Part shown: positions 7,658 to 15,601 of the stretch, piece after piece | Layout of the letters: every line of letters begins with the position of its first letter | Position numbering within the stretch: position 1 is the stretch's first letter | Source: an archaeon | GTDB lineage: Archaea > Iainarchaeota > Iainarchaeia > Iainarchaeales > CSSED10-239 | Assembly: GCA_035357435.1 (NCBI GenBank) | Contig: DAOPNM010000005.1 | Location: forward strand, 1 to 26,553 | Direction: 5' to 3' | Length of the DNA stretch: 26,553 nt | Position numbers and translations under genes: made by a program | The notes under the pieces: generated by a model | Database searches by the model: none | Told to the model about the DNA's origin: nothing | What the model saw: the letters and a program-made list of their open reading frames with translations, nothing else

Positions 7658-7674
7658 TGTCCAAGAAATAATGT
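7658..7674 (+). repeat. dispersed intergenic motif copy TGTCCAAGAAATAATGT
   Basis: Read directly. It lies between the dCMP deaminase stop and vapB. Confidence 0.6.
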
Positions 7675-7727
7675 TTTTGTATTCATAAAAAATTAATTAA
7701 AAAAAACCAATAAAAAATTTAAAAAAA

Positions 7728-8384
7728 TTATAGATACTCTGTATGATACTTATTTTTATCATTTACCAAAATAATATCATTAGTTTGCCATTCTTTAATC
7801 CAATCACTAACCGCAAAAGATATAAAAGTGCCTTTTTTTGTAGAACACACTATTTTTTCCAAAGAAGCATTAATTATCATTTTTTTACAAATAAAACAAG
7901 GAAAAGAATCAATTTCTTGTTTTACCCCCTTGTATACCATAATACCATAAAGATATAATGTACCTCCTGAAATATCTAAATTCTGTTTGGCTGCATTAAT
8001 TATGGCATTTTGCTCTGCATGAACAGAAGCACAAAGCTCATATCTTTCACCAGATGGCACATTTAATTTTCTTCGTATGCAATATCCTCTTTGATAACAA
8101 TCTTTTGTACCATGTGGGGCACCATTATACCCAGTACTCATTATTTGATTATTTTTTGTAATAACAGCCCCATAATGTGTAGATAAACAAGTTGACCGTA
8201 AAGAAACATCTTTTGCAATATTCATAAAATATTCATCCCATGCTGGTCTCTTTGTTGACTTTATTTGGGCCTTTACAAGTTTATCTTCTATATCTTCATC
8301 TTTATTTTTTATAGAAACATCTGTTTTTGAATCACATTTACAATTTTTTTTTAACAAGACTATACACCTCTTTTGCAATAACAT
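7728..8384 (-). CDS. dCMP (deoxycytidylate) deaminase
   Basis: RPAWDEYFMNIAKDVSLRSTC, VHAEQNAIINAA (zinc His/Glu) and PCFICKKMIINA (PCxxC). ATG is at 8384; position 8387 is TTG. The gene overlaps the tmk 3' end by 47 nt. Confidence 0.85.
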   Translation of the reverse strand: MLLQKRCIVLLKKNCKCDSKTDVSIKNKDEDIEDKLVKAQIKSTKRPAWDEYFMNIAKDVSLRSTCLSTHYGAVITKNNQIMSTGYNGAPHGTKDCYQRGYCIRRKLNVPSGERYELCASVHAEQNAIINAAKQNLDISGGTLYLYGIMVYKGVKQEIDSFPCFICKKMIINASLEKIVCSTKKGTFISFAVSDWIKEWQTNDIILVNDKNKYHTEYL

Positions 8385-9003
8385 CAACTGGTTTTATATA
8401 ACCAAAACCATCATTACAATTTATAACTTCCCAACCATATTTTTTTGCACAATAAATATATGCTTCTGCAGCATCTTCCAAATGTTTATGATTATATTCA
8501 TGAATGTCTTTAATTATTTTTGTTTTACTTGCTTGGTGTGCCAACATTTGCCCAACAGACGGTTCCAAATCAAATAAAACAACAACATCTGGCTTTGGAA
8601 TTTTTAAAATATTAAACTCAAAATCATTTACCCATTCTAAAAATCTATCTCTTTCTTTTATATCTTTTATCTTCCCTGCTTGATGCCCCATATTTGATGA
8701 AGTATACCTATCACAAACAATAATATAACCATCATTCAACCATTTTTTTATATCCTTAGATGCTCCAAATCTATCAATAGCATACAACACTGATGCCTGA
8801 TATGCATCCACTTCATCTACAGAGCCTAATTTTCCAGAAAGATATTCTTCAACCATAACAGCAGAGGGCTTACCATATCTTGGAAAATCTAAAAATTTTA
8901 TATTATATTTTTCATGTTTTAACTTACTGATTAATAATTTTATTTGCGTAGATTTACCAGAACCATCAATTCCATCAAATACAATAAATTTGCCTTTTCG
9001 CAT
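8338..9003 (-). CDS. tmk: thymidylate kinase
   Basis: MRKGKFIVFDGIDGSGKSTQ (P-loop) and DRYTSSNMGHQAG (DRY motif). ATG is at 9003. Confidence 0.9.
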   Translation of the reverse strand: MRKGKFIVFDGIDGSGKSTQIKLLISKLKHEKYNIKFLDFPRYGKPSAVMVEEYLSGKLGSVDEVDAYQASVLYAIDRFGASKDIKKWLNDGYIIVCDRYTSSNMGHQAGKIKDIKERDRFLEWVNDFEFNILKIPKPDVVVLFDLEPSVGQMLAHQASKTKIIKDIHEYNHKHLEDAAEAYIYCAKKYGWEVINCNDGFGYIKPVDVIAKEVYSLVKKKL

Positions 9004-9039
9004 TATAACACACCACAACTATCCAACAAATAACGTGTT

Positions 9040-9399
9040 TTAAAAAACATTAATTTTAATTGGTTTTTCATAAACATTATCTAATTCTCCAGAATCTAAA
9101 AGATATTCATACACCTTAACAATACCAGAATGTACACTTTTTCCAGGATGCATACCTTTTGAAGGATATATTTTAAACCTAAAGTGTTTTTCTTCATTAT
9201 TTTGTAGTGGATTTATTTTTTGAATTAAAGATGATTTTAAAGCCTTTGAATTAAAAGATAAAGTATTATCTAAATAAATATTAATTATAACTGATTTTAA
9301 ACGATTATCCATATTTTTAATAGATATATTTAGCTCAATAGGTTCTTTTTTTTTAAAATCTAATTTGTATGGATACAAATTAATAAGAAATGATAACAT
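9040..9399 (-). CDS. hypothetical protein (119 aa), no recognisable motif
   Basis: Open frame with ATG at 9399; the track start at 9411 is TTG. It is co-directional with tmk and lies 36 nt upstream of it. Confidence 0.45.
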   Translation of the reverse strand: MLSFLINLYPYKLDFKKKEPIELNISIKNMDNRLKSVIINIYLDNTLSFNSKALKSSLIQKINPLQNNEEKHFRFKIYPSKGMHPGKSVHSGIVKVYEYLLDSGELDNVYEKPIKINVF

Positions 9400-9480
9400 A
9401 TAAACTCCCAAATTATATTTTCACAATATAATAATTAAACAAATAATGTTTAAATATGTTTTGTTTATTCAAATATATTT

Positions 9481-10278
9481 ATGAATTTTCTTCTAATAAT
9501 AAGTAAAGCAGATATTGCTGCAACAACATTTAATGAACAATTATTTCAAAACTATGACTTAAAAAATATTTCAGAAAACTATTATTTACTAAAAACAAAC
9601 GGAATAAACAAAATATATGTTTGGATAACACAAAAGCAACACCTTTACTTAAATGAAAAAGAAGATTTAGATAGTCAAATACCTAATTATAAACAAATAA
9701 ATCAAATCATTTTTTTATCAAAACATTCCACTTTAACTAATAACAAACCACCATCAATGTTAATCCATTCTATTGGAAATTGGGGGAAAGCAGAACTTGG
9801 TGGAAAAGATCACACACTAGTAAAAACAGATCCAATTTTAATCAGGACACTACTTTTAGAGCTTAAAAAAAACAAATATCTACAGATAAAAAAATATGAA
9901 ATTAAACAAGAAGCAACACACCATGGTCCGTATCTAAACAAAAACACAATATTTTTTGAAATAGGATCACAAGAAAACGATTGGGAAAATAAAAATGCAG
10001 TAAAATATATGCTAACTATTTTAATAAACAATATAATAAATTACAACAGGCAAAAAATAAAAACACAAAAAAATTGGGTAGAGGCAGTTGGTGTTGGTGG
10101 GAGCCACTATTGTACAAAATTTAATAGAATAACATTTGATGAAAAAAAACAATTTTGCTTTGGACATGTAGTTGCAAACTATGCAATACAAGAAATTGAA
10201 AAAAATCCAAAATTACTAAATCAAGCAAAAGAAAAAAGTGGTGCAAAAATAATTATTAGAGAAGAAGAAATAAAATAA
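9481..10278 (+). CDS. dtdA: archaeal-type D-aminoacyl-tRNA deacylase (DtdA family)
   Basis: HSIGNWGKAELGGKD, EATHHGP, FFEIGSQENDW, VGVGGSHY and FGHVVANYA align with the Pyrococcus DtdA blocks as I recall them (HVTGNWGKAMYGGKD, EATHHGP, FIEIGSSEEEW, IGGGHY, FGHILPKYA). Confidence 0.85.
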   Translation: MNFLLIISKADIAATTFNEQLFQNYDLKNISENYYLLKTNGINKIYVWITQKQHLYLNEKEDLDSQIPNYKQINQIIFLSKHSTLTNNKPPSMLIHSIGNWGKAELGGKDHTLVKTDPILIRTLLLELKKNKYLQIKKYEIKQEATHHGPYLNKNTIFFEIGSQENDWENKNAVKYMLTILINNIINYNRQKIKTQKNWVEAVGVGGSHYCTKFNRITFDEKKQFCFGHVVANYAIQEIEKNPKLLNQAKEKSGAKIIIREEEIK

Positions 10279-10281
10279 AAA

Positions 10282-10298
10282 CGTCCAAGAAATATTGT
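10282..10298 (+). repeat. dispersed intergenic motif copy CGTCCAAGAAATATTGT
   Basis: It fills most of the 22-nt gap between the convergent dtdA and DXR-like stops. Confidence 0.6.
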
Positions 10299-10300
10299 TT

Positions 10301-11449
10301 TTATTTTTGTTTTTTTCTAGAATATTTCTCAAAAATAGTTTGCTTAATTTTTGTTTCTAACACATAAATTACATTTAAATTTATAGAACTATTATACATT
10401 TCAGGAATTGAAAGAATCTCAGATAAAACATTATAAATATCAATGTCATCTTTTAATTTATTAGTGTATATTCCTTGCTTAATAATTTCAATTGTTAAAA
10501 AATATACAACGGGCAAAGTTCCTCCTTTTTCTAAACAAGATATAGCGAGTTTCAAAAATTTATAATGATTAATATTTAATTTTTTAATGGAAACATTTTT
10601 TTCTAAAAAAGATTCAACAGAATTAATATTAGTTTTTATAAATTCTTTTTTTAAAAAATAATAATTATAAAATTGATTTTGTTGAAATGAAGAATCTATT
10701 ATATTAAATATATTGTATCCATTTGAAAATCTTACGCCAATAGATAAAAAATTATTTGTTTGTTCTAAAAACTTAAATTTTGATAGAGGTATTTCAAATA
10801 TATAGTGCAACAAAATAAAATTATAAATTACATCAAATTGATATATTGAATTTATTTCTTTAGAAAATTCATAATAATTATTATAATTTATACTACTAAT
10901 TTTTCTTTCAATTTTCTGTTGGTTAAAAAAAATAAAAACATCAGAAATATTTGATAACTCTTCAAGTTTCAAAAATTCTTGTAAACAATATAAATATGAA
11001 GAAAAATAATTTAGATGAATTCCTTTTAATTTTGCATCTTTTGGAATTATATCTCCTGCATATAAAATAGAAAATGGATCTAAAATTATGATATCTTTAT
11101 ATTCATAAATTGCAGATAAAATTTTTTTAATATTTTCAATATTGGATAATGCATAGATAATTAAGTCTATATGAATTGATTTTATAAATTCTGAAAAATT
11201 TTTTTGATCAATAAAAATTTCACGAACATTAGTTTGTTTTTCTATTGATTCTTGAAAAGTGCTATCATCTAAATAAACATACCTAGGGTTTATTTTTTTT
11301 ATTTGATTTATAAAAACATTTATATTGTCTTGTAAAGAATCATAAGACAATGCAACAATTTTATATTCAGAAGGGTGCCCCAAAAAAAAATCAAGTAGCT
11401 GAATACCTAAAGATGTATTAGAACCCAAAACTGCGATATTTTTTATCAT
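10301..11449 (-). CDS. divergent 1-deoxy-D-xylulose-5-phosphate reductoisomerase (DXR) family homologue, catalytic motifs not conserved
   Basis: N-terminus IAVLGSNTSLGIQLLDF...YKIVAL...NPRYVYLDD compares with E. coli ILGSTGSIGCSTLDV...FRVVAL...SPRYAVMDD. C-terminal YKFLKLAISCLEKGG compares with YPCLKLAMEAFEQGQ. The LPVDSEHNAIFQ block reads IHLNYFSSYLYC. Confidence 0.6.
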   Translation of the reverse strand: MIKNIAVLGSNTSLGIQLLDFFLGHPSEYKIVALSYDSLQDNINVFINQIKKINPRYVYLDDSTFQESIEKQTNVREIFIDQKNFSEFIKSIHIDLIIYALSNIENIKKILSAIYEYKDIIILDPFSILYAGDIIPKDAKLKGIHLNYFSSYLYCLQEFLKLEELSNISDVFIFFNQQKIERKISSINYNNYYEFSKEINSIYQFDVIYNFILLHYIFEIPLSKFKFLEQTNNFLSIGVRFSNGYNIFNIIDSSFQQNQFYNYYFLKKEFIKTNINSVESFLEKNVSIKKLNINHYKFLKLAISCLEKGGTLPVVYFLTIEIIKQGIYTNKLKDDIDIYNVLSEILSIPEMYNSSINLNVIYVLETKIKQTIFEKYSRKKQK

Positions 11450-11479
11450 AATAATATTTTTTATACTTTTTAAAAAATA

Positions 11480-11785
11480 AAAAAAAAGAAATATAAAATA
11501 AAAAATTATATTTCAAAATCTATTTCTTTTTCTTAGCTGCTTTTTTCTTTGCTACCATCTTTAAACAACCCCCTTTTCTTTTTTTCTGCTTACAGCAGAT
11601 TAAAAGTTATTTATATATTTGAGTAGATATATATAAAAACATATTCTATTATTTTTAAAATAAAAAAAATGTTTTGTCCAAAAAATGATGTGTAAAAATT
11701 AAATGCCAATGCTTATATTTTCTGATTTAACAAAAAATTAGATTATAAAAAAATTAAATAAAAAAATAATCTATAAAAAAATAAA
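11480..11785. repeat. copy A of a ~306 bp near-identical direct duplication
   Basis: Aligns base-for-base with 11868-12175 (offset 388 nt at the left end) apart from a few substitutions and 1-nt homopolymer differences. Confidence 0.9.
11520..11558 (-). CDS. 12-codon Lys-rich micro-ORF (MVAKKKAAKKKK) in repeat copy A, speculative
   Basis: ATG GTA GCA AAG AAA AAA GCA GCT AAG AAA AAG AAA TAG on the minus strand. A G5 run sits 10 nt upstream (rc of 11569-11573). Hairpin CTGCT-N3-AGCAG (11586-11598) and a TATA-like TTTTTATATATAT lie further upstream. The ORF lies 70 nt 5' of the DXR-like start. Confidence 0.2.
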   Translation of the reverse strand: MVAKKKAAKKKK

Positions 11786-11867
11786 ATGACAAAATGTAAA
11801 AAAATTAAAAAGTTAGTTAAAAACAATTAATTTCATAATATATAAAAATATGAAAAAAGAAAAAAAG

Positions 11868-12175
11868 AAAAAAAAGAAATATAAAATAAAAAATTATATT
11901 TCAAAATCTATTTCTTTTTCTTAGCTGCTTTTTTCTTTGCTACCATCTTTAAACAACCCCCTTTTCTTTTTTTCTGCTTACAGCAGATTAAAAGTTATTT
12001 ATATATTTGAGTAGATATATATAAAAACATATTCTATTATTTTTAAAATAAAAAAAAATAGTTTGTCCAAGAAATGATGTGTAAAAATTACATGCCAATG
12101 CTTATATTTTCTGATTTAACAAAAAATTAGATTATAAAAAAAATTAAATAAAAAAATAATCTATAAAAAAACAAA
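11868..12175. repeat. copy B of the ~306 bp direct duplication
   Basis: See copy A. An ~82 nt unique spacer (11786-11867) separates the copies. Confidence 0.9.
11908..11946 (-). CDS. identical 12-codon Lys-rich micro-ORF in repeat copy B, speculative
   Basis: Same sequence as 11520..11558, shifted by 388 nt. Confidence 0.2.
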   Translation of the reverse strand: MVAKKKAAKKKK

Positions 12176-12199
12176 AGATAAAAAAAATAAAAATATAAA

Positions 12200-12230
12200 T
12201 TCTTGGACAGTTGCCCAAGAAATAATATGT
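12200..12230. repeat. inverted pair of motif half-sites TTCTTGGACA-GT-TGCCCAAGAA, extended by ATAATATGT
   Basis: Read directly. It lies 16 nt beyond the aEF-2 stop. Confidence 0.6.
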
Positions 12231-12245
12231 TAAGAGAAGAGAAAT

Positions 12246-14444
12246 TTAATCCATAAAGTATTCTGCAGGTTTTGGTTCTGGTTCCATTCCCTTTCTTTTT
12301 CTAATTTCTGCAATCGTATCTTTTAATAGATTCTTTGGTAAAGGATCATACCCATAATATTCTGCAGTCCAAATTGCTCTACCTTGCGTTTCTCCTCTTA
12401 TTAATGCACTAAACCCAATCATAGATTTTACTGGAATAATCGACTGTATACTACAAGTATCACCTTCTGTTTTAATATCTAAAATCTGTGCTCTTTTCCC
12501 ATTTAATATTCTTGAAACATTACCCATAAAATCTTGTGGTACTGTTACTGTTAATAATTGCTTAGGTTCTAAAAGCGTATAATCTCCTGCCAAAATTCCT
12601 GCATAAATTGCTCTTGTAACTGCAGGTAAAACTTGTGCTGGTCCTCTATGGATTGCATCTTCATGCAATTTTGCATCAACTAAATTAACAATAAGACCAG
12701 TAACTTTTTCTTTTGCAACTGGGCCTTCGTTTGTTGCATCATAAAATGCTTGAATAATTAGTTCTTTTACTTCGAATAAATTAGTTATACCTTTTGTCCT
12801 ATTAATTAAAACATTATTATTATGCACTGCCCAAATATCCTTAGACTCATCTGTAGAAAATCCACAATCTTTTAATTTTTTAATAAGATCTAGATCTTTA
12901 TTTTGTCTAATTTTTCCATCAAATTTCATAGCTTTTATTTTTGAAAACATTTCAGAAGACATTGGTGTGACCTGTAATTTAAAATCATTATGTTTATTTG
13001 GCGTTCTACCATTAACAATAGGCCCATCTTTCTGCGATGTTTCATAATAAACTACAATTGGTTGCCCAACTGTTATTGGTATTTTGTTATCATCAGATAT
13101 TTTAATTTGAATAATCTCTAAATGAAATTCACCCATTCCAGAAATCAAATGCTCGCCTGTTTCTTGATTTAATTCTACTCTTACATTTGGATCTTCTTTA
13201 GAAATACTATGCAATACCTCAATTAATCTTGGCAAATCTTTTGAATCTTTTGGTTCAACAGAAACAGTCATTACTGGTTCAACACTTGTCATAAAACTTT
13301 CAAATGGAACAATTTCCTTATTAGAAATAGTTTGGCCAGCATAAACTTCTTTCATACCAATAACTGCAACAATATTCCCTGCTTTTATTTCATCTAAAAC
13401 AATTCTATCTGGCCCTAAAAAGATAGCAACTTGCTGCACTTTTTCTGTTTTTTCTGTACCTATTATATGCAAATCAACACCTTTCTTAATTGTTCCTGCA
13501 TATAATCTACCACTTGCTACATCTCCAGCATGTTTATCTAAAACAACATCTGTAACCATCATTGCAATATTATCTTCACTAGTCTCACAATTAAGCATTG
13601 CTTTCCCTTCTGGTGAATCTAAATCACCTTTCCAAATACATGGAATTCTGTATTTTTGTGATTCTAATGGAGATGGAAGATGTCTAACCACAGCATCTAA
13701 TAAAACATCACTAATTGGTATTTTTTCTGCTAATTCTTTTTGTTTTTCGTTTTCTGCATAACTAATAATATCTCCAAAATTCATATTAAATTTTTCCATT
13801 GCAGAAACAGACAATCCCCAATTATGAAAACCGGATCCAAAACAAACAGATCCATCTTTTATGTTTACTTGCCATTTTTGTTTAAATTCATCTGGTGCAT
13901 TTTTTGCAATTAAATTGTTTACTCCCATGATAATTTTGACAAATCTTTTTTGCATATCTTCCGGAGTTACATGCATTTCTGTAATTAATCTATCAACTTT
14001 ATTAATAAATAAAATGGGTCTTACTCTTTCTTTCAATGCTTGCCTTAAAACAGTTTCTGTTTGAGGCATTATTCCTTCTACAGCATCAACCAGAACAACT
14101 GCACCATCTACAGCCCTCATAGATCTAATTACTTCTCCTGTAAAATCAACATGGCCAGGAGTATCTATAATATTAATTAAATATTGTTCTCCATTAATTT
14201 CACAAGGTACAGACACATTTGCTGAATTTATAGTGACACCTCTTTGCTGTTCTAAATAATAAAAATCCATAAATCTTTGTTCTCCAGCTAAGCCCTTTGA
14301 AATTAAACCTGCTGTTGCAACAAGATTATCTGTTAATGTTGATTTACCATGATCAACATGTGCAATAATTGCAATGTTTCGTATGTTTTTTTGATTTGAC
14401 ATTAATTTGGATGCCAATTCTGCTACAGTTTCTTTTCTTCCCAT
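12246..14444 (-). CDS. fusA: translation elongation factor 2 (aEF-2)
   Basis: AHVDHGKSTLTD (G1), DTPGHVDF (G3), NKVDR (G4) and the diphthamide-site motif HEDAIHRGPAQ. 732 aa, with AGGTGA upstream of the ATG. Confidence 0.97.
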   Translation of the reverse strand: MGRKETVAELASKLMSNQKNIRNIAIIAHVDHGKSTLTDNLVATAGLISKGLAGEQRFMDFYYLEQQRGVTINSANVSVPCEINGEQYLINIIDTPGHVDFTGEVIRSMRAVDGAVVLVDAVEGIMPQTETVLRQALKERVRPILFINKVDRLITEMHVTPEDMQKRFVKIIMGVNNLIAKNAPDEFKQKWQVNIKDGSVCFGSGFHNWGLSVSAMEKFNMNFGDIISYAENEKQKELAEKIPISDVLLDAVVRHLPSPLESQKYRIPCIWKGDLDSPEGKAMLNCETSEDNIAMMVTDVVLDKHAGDVASGRLYAGTIKKGVDLHIIGTEKTEKVQQVAIFLGPDRIVLDEIKAGNIVAVIGMKEVYAGQTISNKEIVPFESFMTSVEPVMTVSVEPKDSKDLPRLIEVLHSISKEDPNVRVELNQETGEHLISGMGEFHLEIIQIKISDDNKIPITVGQPIVVYYETSQKDGPIVNGRTPNKHNDFKLQVTPMSSEMFSKIKAMKFDGKIRQNKDLDLIKKLKDCGFSTDESKDIWAVHNNNVLINRTKGITNLFEVKELIIQAFYDATNEGPVAKEKVTGLIVNLVDAKLHEDAIHRGPAQVLPAVTRAIYAGILAGDYTLLEPKQLLTVTVPQDFMGNVSRILNGKRAQILDIKTEGDTCSIQSIIPVKSMIGFSALIRGETQGRAIWTAEYYGYDPLPKNLLKDTIAEIRKRKGMEPEPKPAEYFMD

Positions 14445-14702
14445 TTTATATTCACCTATATATTTATTTTATATATTAAATTTTATTTAAATATAATTTT
14501 ACTTTAAAAACAAAAACAATTATATTTAATTAATATTTATTTAAAAAATTTTTTTATATCTTTATAATTTTATTTATTGCTCTTTTTTATAAAAAGCTAT
14601 AATATATTATATATGGCAATTATTTTAAATATATTTGTCTTTAATATTAATTTAGATTAGATTTATATTAAATAAAAAAAGAAACATAAAGAAAAAGGGA
14701 CT

Positions 14703-15449
14703 ATGAAATATTCAAAAACATTGTTTATATTTATTATTTTATACTTGATCTATTTACCATACACTTTTGCACAAGAAAACTATCTTGCAGATCTTAAGTT
14801 TACAATTCAAGAAGATGGTTTGGTATTAATTTCAGGAGAAACAAATTATAATCCTCTTAATATATCTCAAACTAATGAATTTACAACAAAAAAAGGAGAA
14901 TATTGGATTTTTGAGATAAAAACACAAGATGTTTTTAAAAATTTTTATTATGAAATTTATTTGCCAAAAAATTCAGAAATAAACTATATAAAAAGTGAAA
15001 ATAAAATAAGAATAACCACAATAGATGATCGTGTAAAAATTATAGGTTATGGAGATAATAATTTTATTCAAATTATGTTTCAATATTCTAAAAAAAATAA
15101 CATATATGAGAAAAAGACATCTTGGACATATTATGTGATTACAGGACTAATTATTGTTTGTGGAATAATTGTATATAAATCTTTAAAGAAAAAAAATAAA
15201 AACCAAGAAAAAACACCTGCAGAGGAAAAATTAAGTACTTACGAAAAAGACGAATTAAATGAAAGACAAAAACAAATAATTGAAATTCTTATAAAAGAAA
15301 ATAAAGAAGTTACACAATCATATTTATACAAAAAATTAAATATACCTAAATCCTCACTTGCAAGAAACATAAAAAGTCTTGAAAGAAAAAATATTATAGA
15401 AAAGAAAAGGTATGGCATGACTAATAAGATTATTCTTCTTAAAAAATAA
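14703..15449 (+). CDS. membrane-tethered winged-helix (MarR/TrmB-like) transcriptional regulator with a secreted N-terminal domain
   Basis: Signal peptide (…YLPYTFAQEN), ~130 aa ectodomain, one TM (YYVITGLIIVCGIIVY) followed by KSLKKKNKNQEK, then LNERQKQIIEILIKENKEVTQSYLYKKLNIPKSSLARNIKSLERKNIIEKKRYG (HTH plus wing). Confidence 0.7.
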   Translation: MKYSKTLFIFIILYLIYLPYTFAQENYLADLKFTIQEDGLVLISGETNYNPLNISQTNEFTTKKGEYWIFEIKTQDVFKNFYYEIYLPKNSEINYIKSENKIRITTIDDRVKIIGYGDNNFIQIMFQYSKKNNIYEKKTSWTYYVITGLIIVCGIIVYKSLKKKNKNQEKTPAEEKLSTYEKDELNERQKQIIEILIKENKEVTQSYLYKKLNIPKSSLARNIKSLERKNIIEKKRYGMTNKIILLKK

Positions 15450-15473
15450 GAGATTTCCAAAAAGTGTCGTAAT

Positions 15474-15524
15474 TGTTCCAGGGTCATACCGGTTGTTCCA
15501 GGCAATTTATATTAAGTGTTCCAG
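15474..15524 (+). promoter_or_regulatory. three direct TGTTCCAG repeats (15474, 15494, 15517) just upstream of the TATA box of the next operon, a candidate operator
   Basis: Read directly. Spacings are 20 and 23 nt. They are followed by TTTATA (15532-15537), then AGGAGG (15589-15594) and ATG at 15602. The repeats sit in a local G+C-rich island. Confidence 0.45.
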
Positions 15525-15601
15525 TGTAATATTTATAGAAAATAATCTAAAAAAGATTATTTTTTTAAAAATAAAAGAATTTAAAAAAAGGAGGATAATT
15601 T

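Noticed and set aside
8338-8384. The 47-nt overlap between the tmk 3' end and the dCMP deaminase 5' end, considered as a possible frameshift or fusion signal.
   Set aside because: Both frames are intact, with their own conserved motifs. The deaminase N-terminal ~45 residues are unconserved, so the true start may simply be uncertain. The next in-frame ATG falls inside the conserved RPAWDEYFM block, so I kept 8384.
4229-10031. ORFs 4229..4456(+), 6513..6704(+), 7743..7958(+) and 9810..10031(-).
   Set aside because: They are antisense shadows of gpmA, the Cys-rich protein gene, dCMP deaminase and dtdA respectively. None has a recognisable motif.
11480-12175. The two large direct repeats considered as a CRISPR array or as terminal repeats of a mobile element.
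   Set aside because: There are only two units of about 306 bp, with an AT-rich 82-nt spacer. There is no short palindromic repeat-spacer periodicity, no cas genes, and no transposase or integrase or target-site duplication visible.
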